Part shown: positions 62,401 through 64,000 of the stretch, one piece after another | Numbering within the stretch: the stretch's first letter is position 1 | Layout of the letters: the number at the start of each line of letters is the position of its first letter | Assembly (NCBI GenBank): GCA_043228905.1 | Contig: JBHGNT010000001.1 | Location: 27,714,001-27,778,000 of the forward strand | Reading direction: 5' to 3' | From: Azolla caroliniana | Taxonomy: Eukaryota; Plantae; Polypodiophyta | Length of the DNA: 64,000 nt | Notes under the pieces: generated by a model | Database searches by the model: none | What the model was told of the DNA's origin: nothing | What the model saw: the letters and a program-made list of their open reading frames with translations, nothing else | Position numbers and translations under genes: made by a program

Positions 62401-62455
62401 CCAATCAATCTACCCTTATCTAGAAACAAAAGGCTCTCTTTAACGATCTCACCAT
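56465..62455 (-). pseudogene. PLS-class PPR pseudogene, copy B (62455-61789 and 58166-56465), split by a Copia
   Basis: WNASIVSFIKQGDDLGAINCFDQMLLEGVLPNVIT; LWNNLIAFY...EGITPDTITYACSLKA; GNVLVDMYAKNG; ALITSYAKHEHGEEAL. Many frameshifts and stops. Reverse-complement paralog of copy A. Confidence 0.88.
58167..61788 (-). mobile_element. Deleted Ty1/Copia (gag, protease, integrase retained; RT and RNase H lost; 3' LTR truncated), related to the 9723-15376 element
   Basis: 5' LTR 61788-61350 (439 bp); PBS 61349-61338 (tRNA-iMet); 3' LTR only 58251-58167, directly after the PPT. TSD CCTAT at 58162-58166 and 61789-61793. LPSEKLDRNNYSSW, CNYCGKIGHREEEC, WFVDSGAS, LRSDGGKEY. Confidence 0.93.
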
Positions 62456-63463
62456 GTTATGGTTGACCATGTTGATGACCTAATGAATACCATTAGATGC
62501 GGTAATAATGATAATGATGTGTATTTATCTTAGATCTTCATTGGCATGATATTAATAATATGTGGGCTTTGGTTAACTTTATTTTGCTCGTCAAACTGAA
62601 GGTGTAATACCCTTTAAATAAGAATGGAGAATCATACATCAAACCATATCGATTAATCCAAATAAATTCAGTGGCACATCATGGCTAATAAACTTGTTGC
62701 TTAAATTTGTATTGGGTGAAGTAAATTGGCACATTCATGAAAAGGATACAAAAGATATCTTTGCATGGTGGTCATATATGGCCCATCGACTCCATGCTTT
62801 TATCAACTTGAAATACTTGCTTGTCCATTCCAACAACCAAATCCCAACTACATAATTTTGGTCAAGAAAGAGATTGGTAGACTAGTTTTATTGGGCAATT
62901 AAGAAAAACATGAAAATCGAGATATGTGGGATTACTTGAAACTAAATGTGGTGAGGATTTCAAAATTGTCCCTACTCCTCTTTTCTAGATTGACTTCTTG
63001 CATGGAGATGGGGAAGGTAGAAGTGTTGAATGTTAAGGAATGCGCCTTTGTATGTGAAGTTCAACTATGATTGCACAATAGACAATGCTGAAGTGAAATA
63101 GGACTGAGTCAACTTTCAAAAGAGACCACACAATTGCGCAAAACAACACATCAAGAAAAGGGGAATGAATGAAGTGACCATATAATGGCTCGAAATAGTG
63201 CTTATAAGTGTTCATTCATCAAGGGTATTCCGAGGAATAATAATAAAGAAGGGATAGAGGGAAGCACACACTCTATTTTGACATGCATTTCCTGTTTGAT
63301 TGGGGTTGGGGTTGGAGGGGGGCATTTGGAGAGAAAACTAAAACGTAGGGGCATTCGGGTAGATAAATACATAAAGAAGAACCCGGTGGAGTTGTTCCGT
63401 GTTTCGATTGGCGAGTGTGAAACGCCCGGTGTCATGTTCCTGTAGTGTGAAACAGCCACTCGC

Positions 63464-63473
63464 TGTGTGTGTG

Positions 63474-63523
<50 letters not shown>

Positions 63524-63600
63524 ATATATGTACATATGTGTATGTGTGTGTATACATATATGTACATATGTGTATATGTGTGTATATGTATGTGTGTGTG
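63464..63600. repeat. (TG)n/(TATG)n microsatellite upstream of the PPR gene
   Basis: Directly visible. Confidence 0.9.
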
Positions 63601-63622
63601 TTTGGGTGTGTTCCGAGGAGGA

Positions 63623-64000
63623 ATGGAGGAGGCATTGAGTTCGAATCCTGACATCTCATCTTCACTCTCAAAGAGAGAGATCATATATAGGCATCTTCAC
63701 AGAGCTTCGAGCTGTAAAGATATCTCAAAGGCAAGGGGCATATACTCTCTCATGATCCTCTATGGTCTGCACACACTCTCCTCTCTCGCCGACCATGTCA
63801 TCCGCCTTTTCGCACTTTCCGGACGTCTCGAAGAAGTGAATGCCATATTTGCCCATGTCTCAAAGCCTAGTGTCTACACTTGGAATTCCATCATCTCGGC
63901 TCACATTGAGTTCTCTCAACCCGAGGAAGCAATGTGTCTCTACTTCCAAATGATTCGTTCCGGGATTGAACCCGATCAAGTTTCCTTTTTGTATGCTTTG
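63623..64000 (+). CDS. PLS-class pentatricopeptide repeat protein, 5' end (runs off the window)
   Basis: Open frame MEEALSSNP...LADHVIRLFALSGRLEEVNAIFAHVSKPSVYTWNSIISAH...EEAMCLYFQMIRSGIEPDQVSFLYAL, with no stop in 126 codons. The start codon is the most plausible choice, not proven. Confidence 0.8.
   Translation, partial: MEEALSSNPDISSSLSKREIIYRHLHRASSCKDISKARGIYSLMILYGLHTLSSLADHVIRLFALSGRLEEVNAIFAHVSKPSVYTWNSIISAHIEFSQPEEAMCLYFQMIRSGIEPDQVSFLYAL

Overview
Land-plant nuclear DNA, most likely a fern or another seed-free vascular plant (inferred from the PLS-type PPR repeats, the moss/fern-like Gypsy and Copia families and a long low-complexity KANADI). 1-16.3 kb is a nested LTR-retrotransposon stack. 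A decayed chromovirus-type Gypsy, itself inserted in an older Gypsy gag, carries three later insertions: a tRNA-Trp-primed Gypsy (minus, runs off the window), an intact very young Tnt1/Tork-like Copia with apparently identical LTRs, and a decayed Copia with two polypurine tracts. A 5-exon KANADI (GARP) gene (minus, 33704-30536, about 769 aa) lies in a TE-poor island. Two inverted copies of the same PPR pseudogene (about 17.7-19.9 kb, plus; about 56.5-62.5 kb, minus) bracket it, and the right copy is split by a deleted Copia. 37.8-43 kb is a non-autonomous LTR element with two further nested elements. The most unusual signal is two short non-coding elements (42996-43173, 43900-44291) that combine long terminal inverted repeats with retroviral-type TGTTA...TAACA ends and 5-bp target duplications, suggesting a Ginger-like integrase-mobilised MITE family. 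An apparently intact PPR gene starts at 63623. All coordinates and identities were read by eye; no database searches were run.
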